Of a stretch of DNA of 64,000 bases, positions 25,366-38,659 are shown piece after piece. This DNA is from Felis catus. Its lineage: Eukaryota. The notes under the pieces are model-generated. The model was given only the letters and a program-made list of their open reading frames with translations. It was not told where the DNA came from and ran no database searches. The stretch spans positions 124,436,001-124,500,000 of the forward strand of contig NC_058368.1 of assembly GCF_018350175.1 (NCBI RefSeq), given 5' to 3'. How positions within the stretch are numbered: position 1 is the stretch's first letter; the number at the start of each line of letters is the position of its first letter. Made by a program: the position numbers and the translations under genes.

Positions 25366-26450
25366 CTCCATAATGACTTAATCTTTTCTATATTTTATAT
25401 CTTGTCACTAATATGCTAATAACAACAAGTGACTTGAATAGATTGAATTGGGTCTGCAGTTGTTAGATTATGCTTTAATCATGGTGAAAACTACTAGCCA
25501 ACTCTTTCTGAAACTCCCTTTCTCCATAGAAGTAATGCTCTAATTATGAAAGAATTGAGATACATATTTTATTTTTAGCTTAATCACTAGTTTAGTCATA
25601 ATTCACATTCTGAATAGGAATGATAATCTATCAGGAACACTGTTGAATGTGAAAACTTTGCTTTCCTATTTCTGCCTAGGATTAATGCTTGCTGGGCTTA
25701 TAATCTTAAAATCCTTTTTATGGACTAAGAGCTCTTTACAGAAAAGCAGGCCTCAAGCAACAGAATGGTCCTTAGTTTGGTAGCAGAACAGTTTACAGAA
25801 ATATAACCTAATTCATGGCTGTTGATTATTGGCTATTTGGGGGAGAGGAGTGAGGTAGGGTAGATTTGATGTAGCTATAAAAAAAAAATACACCTTAAAT
25901 AAAAGATAGATCCCAATACAGCTCCTTTGTGTCTCTTTTAGTTTAACTTGAAATTGTTCCACAATTGACATTTGGAATATTAACCTACATTGAAGGGGAG
26001 GCTTTTGGGTGCATTTTAAATGACAGTTATAACTGCTTTGTTTCTTTGAAGAACTCTGCACAGATATCTAAGAGTTGAGTGTTAGAAGTCCGTATGTCAT
26101 TCTAAAAAGAAGGAAATAGATTATCAAACTTAAAATCAAACAAATTATCTGCAAAGAAATTATCTTTTAACAACCTGGACAGGTGAAAAAATATATATAA
26201 ACATATGTAAGGCCAATTAACACAAAATGAAAGCACTACATTATATTGAGAGCTTTATCTCTTTTGTTTGCCTTTTTCTTAACTGAGCAGAGATTAAAGT
26301 GTTATTTTTAAAAGTCACCTGAGGGTATTTTAATGTTCCTGGTGAATTTGCTTATGCATGTAAAGGCAGCCTTTCTATTCCTTTTCAGTTCACATGTCTG
26401 GATTTATTTAGAAGTTATATGAATTCTGTGTGAGAGAAGTTTTGTTTCGG

Positions 26451-26646
26451 TTTTTAATTTTTTTAAGTGTTAATTTATTTTTGAGAGAGATAGAGCACAA
26501 GTGGGGGAGGGGCACAGAATCCAAAGGAAGGTCTAGGCTCTGAGCTGTCAGCAAAGAGCCCAATGCAGGGCTCGAACCCACAAACCGTGAGATCATGACC
26601 TGAGCCGAAGTCAGATGCTTAACCGACTGAGACACTCAGGTGACCC
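26451..26646 (-). mobile_element. Can-SINE
   Basis: gagatcatgacctgagccgaagtcagatgcttaaccgactgag. Confidence 0.93.
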
Positions 26647-26665
26647 TTGGAGTAGTAATTAAAAA

Positions 26666-26887
26666 TTTTTTTTTGTTTAATGTGTATTTATTTTTGAAAG
26701 AGAGAGAGAGAGAGAGAGAGCACGAGCAGGGGAGGGACAGAGAGAGAAGGAGACACAGAATCCGAAGCAGGCTCCAGGCTCTGAGCTGTCAGCACAGAGC
26801 CTGATGCAGGGCTTGAACCCACAAACCACGAGATCATGACTTGAGCCGAAATCAGGCGCTCAACCGACTGAGCCACCCAGCTGCCCC
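26666..26887 (-). mobile_element. Can-SINE
   Basis: Full body with (GA)n, ending gagccacccagctgcccc. Confidence 0.95.
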
Positions 26888-27224
26888 AAGAAATTTTCAA
26901 TGAATTTGTAAAAGCACCAGTGGAAAAACTGACATTATTTTCAATTTTTATTAATGATTTGGATAAGGGTAATAAGATACTACTGCAATTTTAGACTTAA
27001 GTCAGCCCCTGGTATCAGAGAATAAAGAAATAGCAGAATTACAAATTCTGGCGAAGACAGAAAAAAAAATCTCCTTTGAGAGAAAATATAAATGGAAAAT
27101 TTTTAAAAAGTCACCTTGAATGACCATCAAGGGGAATTGTCACTGGACAAAAAGAGGTTATTGGATGATGTGGGCTGCAAGAGGCCCACTGAAGGCAACC
27201 AGCATGATTCCAACTCACTCAGCT

Positions 27225-27400
27225 ATAAATCTTCACCCAATGCTAGGAAATAGTAATTATTATCCTCTTGCCCCAGATGAGGAAACTGAGGCTCAGACAG
27301 ATTGATCAACTTGCCCAAAGTCCCTAAGCTAAATAATTAAGGCTGTAGGCATTCAAGTTCAAGGCCCCCAGGAACCAAAGTCTGAAATGAGAACACCGAA
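27225..27400 (-). mobile_element. MIR
   Basis: cagatgaggaaactgaggctcaga core. Confidence 0.7.
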
Positions 27401-28514
27401 GAGTGAATATAGAGAAACAGCATATCAAGAGAGACTCAGGTTGCACAGAAATGGACAGCAGCTTAGGTTTTAAATGTGGTTCACTGACTAGATGACTAAA
27501 AGGAGGAAGTTTCAAAAGACCTGAGGCAAAGTGGGCTGAAGGATGTAGTAATTCTCCCTCCAACTCCCAGAAACCAAGGCCAGAGCGTGGGCTTAACCAG
27601 GGCACTTTGGTACCAGAAGGATACATACTGGATAGATTCCAACAGAGCAATAAAAACAGTGAAGGGAACAGAGATTTATCTGTTGGAAAGATACACAAAT
27701 CTAAGTGCCTCAAGCTTGCTTGAAAGGGGAGGAGGGTACCATGGACGGCAACTCTTTGAAGTGTGCACAGCACTGAGGAGACAGTGTTCTGCCATGGGGG
27801 TGTACCTGGGAGTTAGAAGTGATGAAATGTGGACAAGAAACCTCTGAGCTGATAGCAGTAAATGTTTTTTGGAAAAGCTTCAGGATAACTCCTTCAGGCT
27901 CTGATGTTTCACTTTCCCTGACTCACTTTTTTTTCTGAGATTCCAGGGTCTCCTGAAGGAACCCCTGTCTTATGCAGCCCCCACTGCTGCACAAGGAATG
28001 CAGGCTGGGTTGGTCCTCAGGGATGTTGCTCCCAGGGGCACAGCGGAGGGAAGATCCAGATGGGCTGGGCAAGGTGACTCATTTGGTTTCCTCCCATGAT
28101 CATTTCTATGAGTCATACACTTTCATCCAGTCCAAAATATGGGAAAGTAACATCAAAAAGCTTGTCTAAGATGTTGTTATCAAATATTTAATGGAAAAGA
28201 AAAATCCCCTCTCGTATGATCTGTAAAGAAATGTTTATTTAGGCTTTCCATTTGTTGCTATTTCTTTGCTTTATCAGCATCCAGGAGGTGGGGTAAGGAG
28301 AAAGGAGGATGTAATCAAGACAGAGTAAGACAGCTCTGCACTTCTGGTCTGAGGCAGTGACCCAAGCTCCTGACCCCTGAAAAGAAAGGTCAAGCTCTTT
28401 TCCAATAAGCAAGGACTCCTCTCCTGAATAAGACAGGCATTCTAGTCAACTGAGTATTCAGCTCTGTGTTTGTAAGAGCATGGTGCCCATGTCTAGATGG
28501 CTGGAGATAGGGTA

Positions 28515-28900
28515 ATGTGGTGGGTGGGCAATGTAGAGCAGGGACTTTGACATCAGATGGATCTGGCTTTGTCACTTATTACTAGCTATGTCTCAGGCAG
28601 GATCCTTGACAGCTCTGAGACTTAGCTTTCAGATCTATAAAATCACTATTATAAGAAAAATAATAGTAATGGTAATGCTAACAAGTCTATCATTGATTGA
28701 GCTTCTTACTCCATACCAGATATTGTTCTATGGACTTTACACATACTATCTCGTGTAATCTTCACAGCCCTAGATAACGGTATTAATATTGTCCCCATTT
28801 TCCAGGTGTGGAACCTGAAAGGACTTGCCCGATCATGCGATTAGATAGTGGCACAGGCAGCAGAATATCTGCCTCCTCAGGTTGTTATGAGGTTTACTAG
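28515..28900. mobile_element. MIR fragments in opposite orientations (+ 28515-28665, - 28690-28858)
   Basis: gtcacttattactagctatgt..ctataaaat, then gtgtaatcttcacagccct..ccccattttccaggtgtggaa. Confidence 0.65.
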
Positions 28901-29400
28901 AAGTAAAGCAGTTAAAGTAAAGGTATTAATTTATACTAAATGTACAACATATACATGCTTTTTTAAAACTAAAAACAAGGAAGGGGAAACTCCCTTTCTA
29001 ATTGTCCCAATTGTTATCTCTTTCTTTTTAAAATAAATGAGTCTCTCTACTGTCAAGATCCTATGTAAGGGTAACCCACAGTATTTCTTATGTTTTAATC
29101 CAAACTATCTAAATTTCATAGACATCATTTGCACAAAAGCTGTGGGCAACACTTCATACTAGGCTAGTACGTATTCCCCAGCTCTGTTCAAGAAACCACT
29201 GTGTTCTGCCAATCAGTCAAATTAAACATGCAGAAATCACTGAAAATTTACTCTCAGTAAACATGCTCACAAATCCTGGATCATACTCCAGAACAAAATA
29301 AAATATCTTCTCTACACATACACGTGCAACTCTAATTGGTGTTCAAGACTATTTTGAAGATGATGCTGAGTAAAACTTTCTTACCCTGCATGTTGATTGG

Positions 29401-29770
29401 TATATTAGTCCGTTTGGCTGCCACAAAATACCACAGGCTGGATGGCGTAAGCAACAGAAATTTATTTACTCACAGAGGCTGGAAGGTTCAAAATCAAGGT
29501 TTCAGCAGGGTTTGGCTTCTGGTGCGCGTTTTCTTCCTGGCTTGTAGATGGCCACCTTCTCACCATGTTTTCCCAGGCCTTTCCTTGGTGCATGTGAAAG
29601 AGAGGAAGAGAGCCTTATAAAGCTACCAATCCTCACAGGTTAGGACCCGACCTTCACGACCTCATTTAACCTTAATCACCTCCTAAACATTCTAGCTCCA
29701 ATTACAGTCACATTAGGAATTAGGGCTTCAACATATGAATTTTGTGGAGGACACAATTCAGTCCATGGCA
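29401..29770 (-). mobile_element. MLT1 (ERVL-MaLR) solo LTR, full length
   Basis: tatattagtccgttt..aacagaaatttattt..gacacaattcagtccatggca, with 5-bp flanks ATTGG/GTTGG. Confidence 0.88.
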
Positions 29771-30964
29771 GTTGGTTAGTCTAAATTGAATTTTACACAG
29801 AGGCCTACATATTTCTGAAACTCATTCATGATTTATTAAAATTTTCTATAGACTGTGATCATCACTAGGCCAGTAATTGCTGAAGGGCTGTGAATCAGGT
29901 GCTTGTGTAGTCCATGAACAGATGAGATGTAAAATAGATAAGATCTCTTGGTAAAGCAGAGTGAAAAGGGTCTCAGAATATAGGGTGGTGGTGTTCTTTC
30001 TAAAAATAAGTCTTGATGGCTATTGTGCTCCTGATAACTGAAGATATTTGGGAACATAAACAAGTTGCCCAAAAGCAAAAGTTAGATCTGGAAAGGAAAG
30101 AGCCCATTCTGCAGAAGGAACATGTTTTTTCCAAATGGTTTGCATAATTTCCTATGTAGCTTTCATGTTACAGAAAACAAACACTTAGGCGTTTTGGATG
30201 ACTATGTGGACAAAGTTTCCATGTCTCTAAAAATTCACTGGGGCAGGATTAGTTTAAGAAGTATTGTTAACTTTCCTTCCTTATGTCATTTAAAACTTTG
30301 GAAAATATGAATGTGCTTTTGGGCTTTTCTTGCTTGTGGACTTCTTTACTTTCTCTCTTTGACCATAGGCATGCTCAAACACTGGGGATATCTTTGTATG
30401 TGGGTCAAAATGGAGGAATGGGGAAATGGGAAGGGTTGGATTTTAAAAAGTAGGCTTTTTCAATTGTAAAAACCCAGAAAACAGTCAGATCCTGGTGTTC
30501 AAAATAGGACCTATTTTTAAGGCTATTGTCTTGAGAACAGATTTTCAAGAAAAAAAATTTTAATCTTTCTTTAAGAAATCAAGATTTGGAGACCCTATTG
30601 GTTCTTCCCACAGGGTAGCAAAGAATCACTCTTTCAGGACAATAAGGCCAAGATTTGCTGTTTTATGGTGGAAAGTTTATAGGATGCAGTGACCACATGT
30701 TAGAATCTTGCTTCTCATAGGGTATGGTGGCCAAAGAAGAGCCGGTTAAAAAGACCTTCATGGCCTAGGAGTTATTTGAATAGGTAGAGGGAACACTGAT
30801 GGCAAAGAAGGCTGGCTCCCACTTTCATACGATCCCAGGAAGAAACTAAATTTCCAGCTGCAGACTAAACCAGTCTGCAGGATAGAGTGTTCAGGCAGTG
30901 GAGGCCCTAAGGTTTTGTGCCTCTATTTCTGTGTGAAAAGCCTGTGAGTCTCCTGGGGCCCTCT

Positions 30965-31334
30965 GTGGTGTTGTGCGATAGAGGCCCACATCAGGTTCTA
31001 TGCTGTCAGAGATTATCTCTCTTGGGATTCTCTCTCTTCCTTTTTCTCTGCCCCTTTGTCACTTGTGTCTTCTCTCTGTCTCTCTCTCTCTCTCTCTCAA
31101 AATAAATAAATAGAGAGGGAGGGAGGCAAACCACAAGAGACTCTTAAATACAGAGAACAAACTGAGGGTGGATGGGGGAGGTGGAGAGGGGAAAATGGGT
31201 GATGGTCATTGAGGAGGGCACTTGTTGGAATGAGCACCGGCTGTTGTATGTAAGCCAATTTGGTAATAAATTATATTCATAAAAAAGGAAAAATAAATAA
31301 ATAAATAAATAAATAAATAAACTTAAAAAAAAAA
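30965..31334 (+). mobile_element. 5'-truncated, diverged Can-SINE with tail split by an L1 fragment
   Basis: cccacatcagg..cttgggattctctctc..(CT)n aaaataaataaa [L1] aaataaacttaaaaaa. Confidence 0.85.
31112..31292 (+). mobile_element. Carnivore L1 3'UTR fragment inserted in a SINE tail
   Basis: ggcaaaccacaagagactcttaaatacagagaacaaactgaggg..aataaattatatt, flanked on both sides by AAATAAATAAAT. Confidence 0.88.
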
Positions 31335-33083
31335 TTCGTATTGAATAAATGAAGGCACCTGACTGCCTTGAAGGGTTGGTCCCAGAGTTAATTTGATCCA
31401 GAAAAAAAGTACAGGTCAAAAGAATGCTTATTGTTTTGCCATTTTCTCGTAGTGGAAAGTCCCAGCCAGTTACCAATTAATAATGAGTATCAACACAATT
31501 TATCTGGTGCTTAACAGAGGGTGACTTCTGAAGATAACTCCACAGACAGAGCCTATTGTGAAACAGGGTGAATTCTGCCACAATGTATTCCTTCTCTGGT
31601 CTCAGACTAATCACTTAACTCCTGAAATGCCACACATGGAAAATGTGTTCTGTCATCAGCCTTGTATGAATTAACAAGACTATGTTCCATGTTCCAGAAG
31701 CACAGCAGGACGATGCAGATGTCACTGGGCTCCTGGCTTTGTGAGTTTATGTGCTGAAGGATATCTGGGTGAAAATCAATGATATAAACACAAAGGAACT
31801 ATTATTAGGGCATCATATTGGCATTCTCATATTGAATCAGGTCAGGGAAGGATGAGACAAGGGCAGGACTTGGGCAAGTGACAAGACATAGTAGCAGTGG
31901 GAGCAACAGTGCTGGGTAAACAGTTGTAAATCCTCAAGGCTAGACCTTGTTAACATTTTACAGAATTCTTTGTCTCTTTTAAGCAAGCTACAAAGCAAGA
32001 AAGAATTCACACAACCTCTTTGGAGATCAGTGGGATTTCTCTGTTTCTGTGGGAGATCACTAATCACAAACTAATTTGTACCTTGAGGTTCACCAAGTTG
32101 GATTTAGAAATCAGGCACATTTTGCTTAGCAGCTTGGAGGAGACAGCTGTAGGTAGAGGTGGAACACACATAAAAATGACTGGTTCTCCTACTAATTGAA
32201 AGGAAACTCCACAGTTGGGTTAAGAGAAGCTACCTAACACTCTTTCTGGTGCCCTTTTGGTGACTTACTTTTGTTCTTCCTGCCCTATTTGGCATCTTGG
32301 CACACTAAGTTTCTGAGGCTCTGAAGAGCAGCATGTTTTGGGTCATTTCTCCACGGGTGTAAACTGAGGAAGGAAGGAAGTTGACTCTCAAAACACATGA
32401 AGCAAGGGTATGATTTGGGGACAGAATAAGAAGTATTAATATTTTGTTGAACATAAATGGCCAAGGAGCTGATTTCGGTAAGAAGCTTCAGGCAGAAATT
32501 TCAAACTGTAATGGCTGTCAGGTATTAAGGGGCAAGATGCCACTAATTCCCAGGGGATTAAAAGTACTGCTAATTTTTCTCAGGAACATTACAACTTTGA
32601 AAAGGGTATCAATTTAAAAACACAAATTAAATGCTATCTTTGAGATGAAATGAAGCCATAAGGAATTAAACAATTGGCCACTAAGTGGGATTTTTCTCAA
32701 ATAATCCTTGAACTGTGTGTTCTAGAAAGGACTATGTGTACAGCATAGTGAGAGAGGGATAAGGAGGATAGCAGCTGAGGAGGAGGACATGTCTGAGGAA
32801 TGTGACCTTAGGATACTCAGGGAAATTTCTACAAAGGAAAAATCTGACAGAGAAGTTCTGTCAGAGTTCTCTGACAGAGAACTGAAGAAGTGAACTCAAT
32901 CTCTTGAGGTGTCTGGGCTAAAACACATCTTATGACTTTGATGGTAAAACAAAAACAAAAACAAAACCAAAAAAACCAAAAAACTATGTATTTTGAGTAT
33001 TAAGATAATGAAGATCAAAGCCAGAAATTTTGGATGAAAAGAGGATTACTGTCATGTTTGAGGCTTTAGAAAAAAACAATGGA

Positions 33084-33309
33084 GGGGCGCCTGGGTGGCG
33101 CAGTCGGTTAAGAGTCCGACTTCAGCCAGGTCACGATCTCGTGGTCCGTGAGTTCGAGCCCCGCGTCAGGCTCTGGGCTGACGGCTCAGAGCCTGGAGCC
33201 TGTTTCCGATTCTGTGTCTCCCTCTCTCTCTGCCCCTCCCCTGTTCATGCTCTGTCTCTCTCTGTCCCAAAAATAAATAAATGTTGAAAAAAAAATTAAA
33301 AAAAAAAAA
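33084..33309 (+). mobile_element. Very young felid Can-SINE (SINEC_Fc type)
   Basis: 12 intact CpGs, long A-tail, and perfect TSD AGAAAAAAACAATGGA at 33068-33083 and 33310-33325. Confidence 0.97.
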
Positions 33310-33619
33310 AGAAAAAAACAATGGAATAATCTTTGGATCAAAGTGGCTAGAAAGTGGATATTTGGGTGCCTCACAAAAAAAATCTTGCAAACATTTACAT
33401 AGAAAACTCATCATAATAATGTAGAAAAACACATGAATGCATGCTGCATGGAGTGAAGGTTACAGTAGGAGTCTGTCATTAGTGAAATAGCCACGTGTAA
33501 GTAGGATTATTTATCCATTGTTTATAAATCCATAAGATTAATTGGTGAAAAATATACTACCATAAATAATAAAACTCTCTTCCATCCACTTATTTAAAGA
33601 ACTACTTTACTATATATTG

Positions 33620-33795
33620 TTTAATTACATTCACATCAATCCTGAGAAACTACTTAGAGCAGGTTTTAGCAGGTTTTATAGTTGGGAAGGCAGAGCACAG
33701 GGAGGTTACGTAGCTTCATAAGGTCAAACATAGTTGCGAGCATTTCCCTGAATTTGGCCTTTGGATACCTTAACTGGGACTCTCCACCAGACCAT
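33620..33795 (-). mobile_element. MIR
   Basis: ttttatagttgggaaggcagagcacagggaggtta..aaggtcaaaca. Confidence 0.5.
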
Positions 33796-36151
33796 GAACT
33801 GCCCTGTAACCAACTCCTCTGAAGTACTCAAACCTACCAATGAATAAATACCAAAACAAAACTTGAAAGGGCCTCAAATACCAAGGTCACCAAGAAATAC
33901 TAATCACAGCCATGCTCCAGGCCAGCTTCAGGACATTCATATGAATTTCTATGAATGGAGAGGAATTTTTTTTATGTCTGAGACATAAAAAGGTAATACA
34001 TTTACCCACTGTCTGCTAGAATGCCTGGTTGATAATTCCTTTGGCTTCAGAAAGCAGGTCCTTGATAATGTAGGTTGAAGGCTTTGGAAAACTGTGGGTA
34101 AGATATCCCAGTATGACAGACCACTGAGACCAAGCAACTGAATGAGACTCTAGAGAGCTCACGGGCTCCTGAGGTGTTGCCTAGAGTTTGGTGGAGAGAA
34201 GCACCTCAAAATGAGGATGGGCACAGAAAGAGGCAGTTGGAGAAATCCTGAAAAGTATTTTTGTTTGTCTGTTTGTTTTGACCTTTTCCAGCCTTTGGGA
34301 ATCATGGAAATATAACAGCACAGGTCTTGAGGACAATCTACACTGGGATGTGGAATATCTGTGTGATTTTAGACAAGTCATCCTTATCTATAAAATGAAG
34401 AGGTTAGACTCAGTGAGGTTTTTTCTACTCTATTATATTATGATTTCATGAAGCAAGTCTTAATTTAGCACTTAGAAAGATCCTTGGCTCACACAAAGTT
34501 ACTCCATCCAGAAGGAAACTGCCTTTACAATCTGTTTCAGGACTTGTATAGGGACTTATCACAACAGTTAGTGATTGCCTTTGTTGGTTGCCAACTGTCT
34601 GGAGAGCCCCAGAGTACATGTGGGCATTGTCCTAAGCTGGACAAGTCAGGAAAGAGCTGCAGAGGCAAGGGACGGACACTGCAGGAGAAACCAGGAGTGA
34701 CTCAGAAATGAGACCATTTTCTCCATCCAACTCTCAGTCCCCAAACTGGGCTCCTATTGTGGAAATTAGACCTTTGAGCAGTGTTCCGTGTGTTTATTCT
34801 ACTTGTATCAAAGAGGCTTTCATCTTCCTAGAGCAAATTATTAACACATTCCACCAAAGATGTGAGGGTGGAGGCCTGGCCTTGGGGAAAAAAAAAATCA
34901 CATCATAATAAAAAGCTGCCCGAAACATGAACTTAAGAAAAACGAACACAAAAGCCCCCACTTTTAATGACAGTGGTTGGCCAGATGCCAAAGTCCTTGT
35001 GCCCAGAGGAGCATGGCTGGCTGATTTCTTGTCCGTGGGCTGACCCTTCTGTGCCCAGGAATTTTCCATGCGATGGCCAGTGGTGTGGGAGGTGGGGCCT
35101 TTGCAGGTTCAGCAGGTTGAGGCACTCACAGACAGTTGTCTTTGACTTTAGCTAGAGACCAAATTTTGTTGGCTGAGTGAACAGTGACTCTCAGTTCCAG
35201 GCAGTAAATCTTTGCTTCTTGAGATTATTTCGTTGGGGAGTGGGGAGAGAATAATAGAGACAAACAAAAAAACACACTTCAGAAAGACCAACTACTCTCA
35301 GGTACATCCAAGATGGGAAGCATTTACAATGAGAAGTTTCATGAATGATTACTCCCCAAGACAAGAGGCTATAAGGAATAGTTTCTAGACAGAGATTATG
35401 CCATTTTCTACAGCTAGTTCCTTGATTTACAGGAGTCATTTGGTGTTCAGGCACTTCCTTTGAGATATAGCTCCACTATATGTGGAAAAGGGCCTAGTGT
35501 GAAAGAGTATACAGAGAATTATTTATTGCTGTTGAAAACCAGGACCCAGGGTCTGACTTTGTTTTTGTTTGCCTCTTTAAAAATGTTTCCTAGTAACACC
35601 AAGATATATTATCACAAATCCCATGTTCAGCAACTGTGACAACCAAGATTCATGAACAGCCACAAACATGTTGTCTGACATTAGCATCAGTTTCTCCTTT
35701 TGGGGATAGAGGAAGAGCAGAGAAATTGAGAAACTGAGAAAACAAGAGGGAATTGAAATACTTCATCCAGTTGAACAGCCAGTGCAGCCTTGAGTAAAAG
35801 CAGTCTAGGATTTGGGACCTTGGCTTTGCTGTCTGAAATCGATCATTTGCATGTGAAGAATAATTGCTGACTCTAGTGAAGATGGATAAATATCCTTTGT
35901 AGTGATCAAAATCACTCTTCTAACAAGAAGGGCTCTCAAAAATCCCACAATCTCACCTATAACACACATGGATTTTTAAACTTTGGCTAATCAGAATAAG
36001 TATCATTTGCTCAGCACTTGACTGCTTTAGAATGCTTACAACGATATCTGTGCCAGTGTTATAATTTTTTGCAATTAATGTATTCAGAAACTTGGGCTCA
36101 GCATGTATATAATTTGCCAAAGTTTCCTCCTCCATCATCATTACTCTACTC

Positions 36152-36396
36152 CTGAGGTTCTCAACAAGGGACCAATCTCTACCACCTTCCCTACCCTGGG
36201 AATGGGGAATAGCTTTTGGTGATATCTGGAGACATCCTTGTTTGTTGACAAAGGGGGAAAGAGCCATTGGCATCTAGTGGGTGGAGGCCAGGGGTGTTGC
36301 TCAATACCCTAGAACATACAAGAGAGCCCCCAACCCCCAATATTATGAAGAATTATCCATCCCAAATATTAATAGCACCAAAGTTGAGAAAACCTG
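36152..36396 (+). mobile_element. MER20 hAT-Charlie MITE
   Basis: ggttctcaac..tggcatctagtgggtggaggccaggg..gttgagaaaacctg, with 8-bp flanks CTCTACTC/CTCTACAT. Confidence 0.85.
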
Positions 36397-36618
36397 CTCT
36401 ACATAGTCTCATTTTAAAGTTCCTTTTTGACTTCAGTGACCATTTCTATACTGACAACTGTCAAATCCATTATTTTTATTATTTCCCAAATTCCATACTC
36501 TTTTTACTAATTTCCTAACAGAGGCCTCTGCCTGGTTGTTATGTGGGAAGCTTAAACACAATATGACAAAAATAGATCTTCTTCACCTCCTATATTCTGA
36601 TATTTAAAAAAAAAAAGG

Positions 36619-36820
36619 TTTTTTTTTTAATGTTTTTATTTACTTTTAAGAGAGAGAGAGAGCTAATAGGGGAGGGGCAGAGAGAGGGGGAGAGGATCCC
36701 AAGCAGACTCCACACTATCAACGCAGAGCCCAATGCGGGGACTAAACCCATGAACTGTGAAATCATGGCCTGAGCCATATCTGAGTCAGATGCTTAACCG
36801 ACTGAGCCACCAGGCACCCC
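36619..36820 (-). mobile_element. Can-SINE
   Basis: Ends accgactgagccaccaggcacccc. Confidence 0.93.
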
Positions 36821-37322
36821 AATTCTGTTCTTGATCACAAACCCTACCATCTAGGGTTTCTCAAGTTAAAAGCATGATTGCCATTCTTGACCTCTTCCTT
36901 CCTCTTCTATTCCTCACTCACCCCAATCCAATCATTTGACAGGTCTTTCAAATACATCTGAGAAACATCTGTATTTACTCAGGAAAGTGAAAAGACCTAT
37001 TCCTTTTGTTATTCACATACCCAAACAGTCCCATGGCAGTGTCAGCTCCATATGATGGTGGGTTTTCTTTAGGTGATTTCCTATATGACTTTGTGGGAAA
37101 TCAGGAAGTAAGTGTTCTTCTTTTGGGCATAATTCCTCCACCCTAAAGAACAGTTTAAAATGGCTGCTGAGGCTGCTCTTGGCTTTCTAAAACTAGGACT
37201 TTCATACTAGCATGTTTTTTCATGGCTCTTCCCCTTGCCTAGAATGCTCCCTCACACCTTTCTACTTCTCACTTCATCTAGTTCATTATTGCTTCAATCT
37301 CACCTTAAAATCACTGCACTTC

Positions 37323-37514
37323 GGGGGCGCCTGCATGGCTTAGTCGGTTGAGAGTCTGACTTCGGCTCAGGTCATGATCTCATGGTTTGGGAGTTCGAGC
37401 CCTACATTGGGGCTGTCAGAGCAGCGCCTGCTTCAGATCCTCTGTTTCCATCCCTCAACCCCTCCCCCACTTGTGGTGCTCCCCTCCCTCCAAAATAAAA
37501 ATAAATATTAAAAA
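37323..37514 (+). mobile_element. Can-SINE
   Basis: TSD AAAATCACTGC(A/T)CTT at 37307-37321 and 37515-37529. Confidence 0.95.
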
Positions 37515-37572
37515 AAAATCACTGCTCTTTGGTGGCCTAACAAATAAACTAGGCTATAGTTTTTATTTAGAC

Positions 37573-37730
37573 CATCCATTCTTAACCTTAGCTATGCATT
37601 AGAACTACCTGGGGGTGCTTCTAAAAACTATTTATTACCAGACCTACCATGGATCAATTAAATCTTACTAACTAGGATGGGTATAGATAGCAGTACTTTA
37701 AAAAAAATAGCCCTAGGTGGTAATGAGCAT
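37573..37730. mobile_element. MER5-like fragment
   Basis: ttcttaaccttagctatgcattagaactacctgggg..ccctaggtg. Confidence 0.55.
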
Positions 37731-38659
37731 AACTTTCTTCATATCTCCATAGGAGTTCTGAGCTACTTGCAAATATTGGTTCACTGTCTCTCTTTGTCAT
37801 TATATCATATAATGAAGTGGGGAATTTTGTTTACCAAGAAATCTCAATGTGAGAGAAAGAAGAATTCATTTTCCAGGTGTGTGGTCCCTTCCCCAGGAGC
37901 AAGAGAGGGAAGGTGGTGGATGGGGGTGATTCATGGATCTTCTGGGTCCACTTCTCTAATCAAAAGTAAAGATCATTTTTAAGTTTAGTTTTGGTTGCTA
38001 ACTGTGTTTGTTTGACAGTTACTCCATGAAGAGACCATTTCACATGGATATTGAGTGAATAAATGAATGGGTAAGTGACTGAGGGAGTAACTGAGAAATA
38101 CTTTTTACATCTGATTCAACCTCAAATTTCCACTTATAGGCTTTCATTATGAAGACTCTTTTAACAGACCACTTTTTTTTTTCATTCCTCACAGGCATTG
38201 GCACATAAATCCCCCTTGGAAGTTTAAAAGATGTTTTAGATTTGATGTCCAAAACTAAGGAGGATTGGAAGCTCAGTTTTGGAAGGATTTATTTGGGTAT
38301 TTGTCATGGACTTTCAAAATACCGAATCCAAAATCTCAATTTTGTCTTCTCAAACAGGCAAGTTCTAACATGAGCTAAGAATGCCAATGATATGCTCAAG
38401 ACACAGAAAAGAGACTGGAGTGGATTTGCCACTAGAGAAATGCAGTGTTATGTAATATGAGGTACACTTCCAGTCTAAGAACTAGCCCTGCAGACTACCA
38501 CTGGAATGTGGTCTCTCCTCATGCCACTTCCAAGAAATATCAGGTTTTAGAAATAAGTAGCAAATGTAAGCTAAGAAGGGAAGGAAACTGAGTAATGCGG
38601 GAAGGAAAGCATATACTGTTCAATACCTCTGTATTTCCAGGCAAGAAAGAACTTGCCAT

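Noticed and set aside
26451..26887. Two adjacent SINEs as a tandem duplication
   Set aside because: They differ in internal indels and (GA)n length, so independent insertions are more parsimonious.
30858..30880. 9-bp stem CTGCAGACT/AGTCTGCAG
   Set aside because: Compatible with chance.
33084..33170. tRNA gene (A/B-box-like motifs)
   Set aside because: These are the tRNA-derived heads of Can-SINEs, followed by (CT)n, A-tail and TSD.
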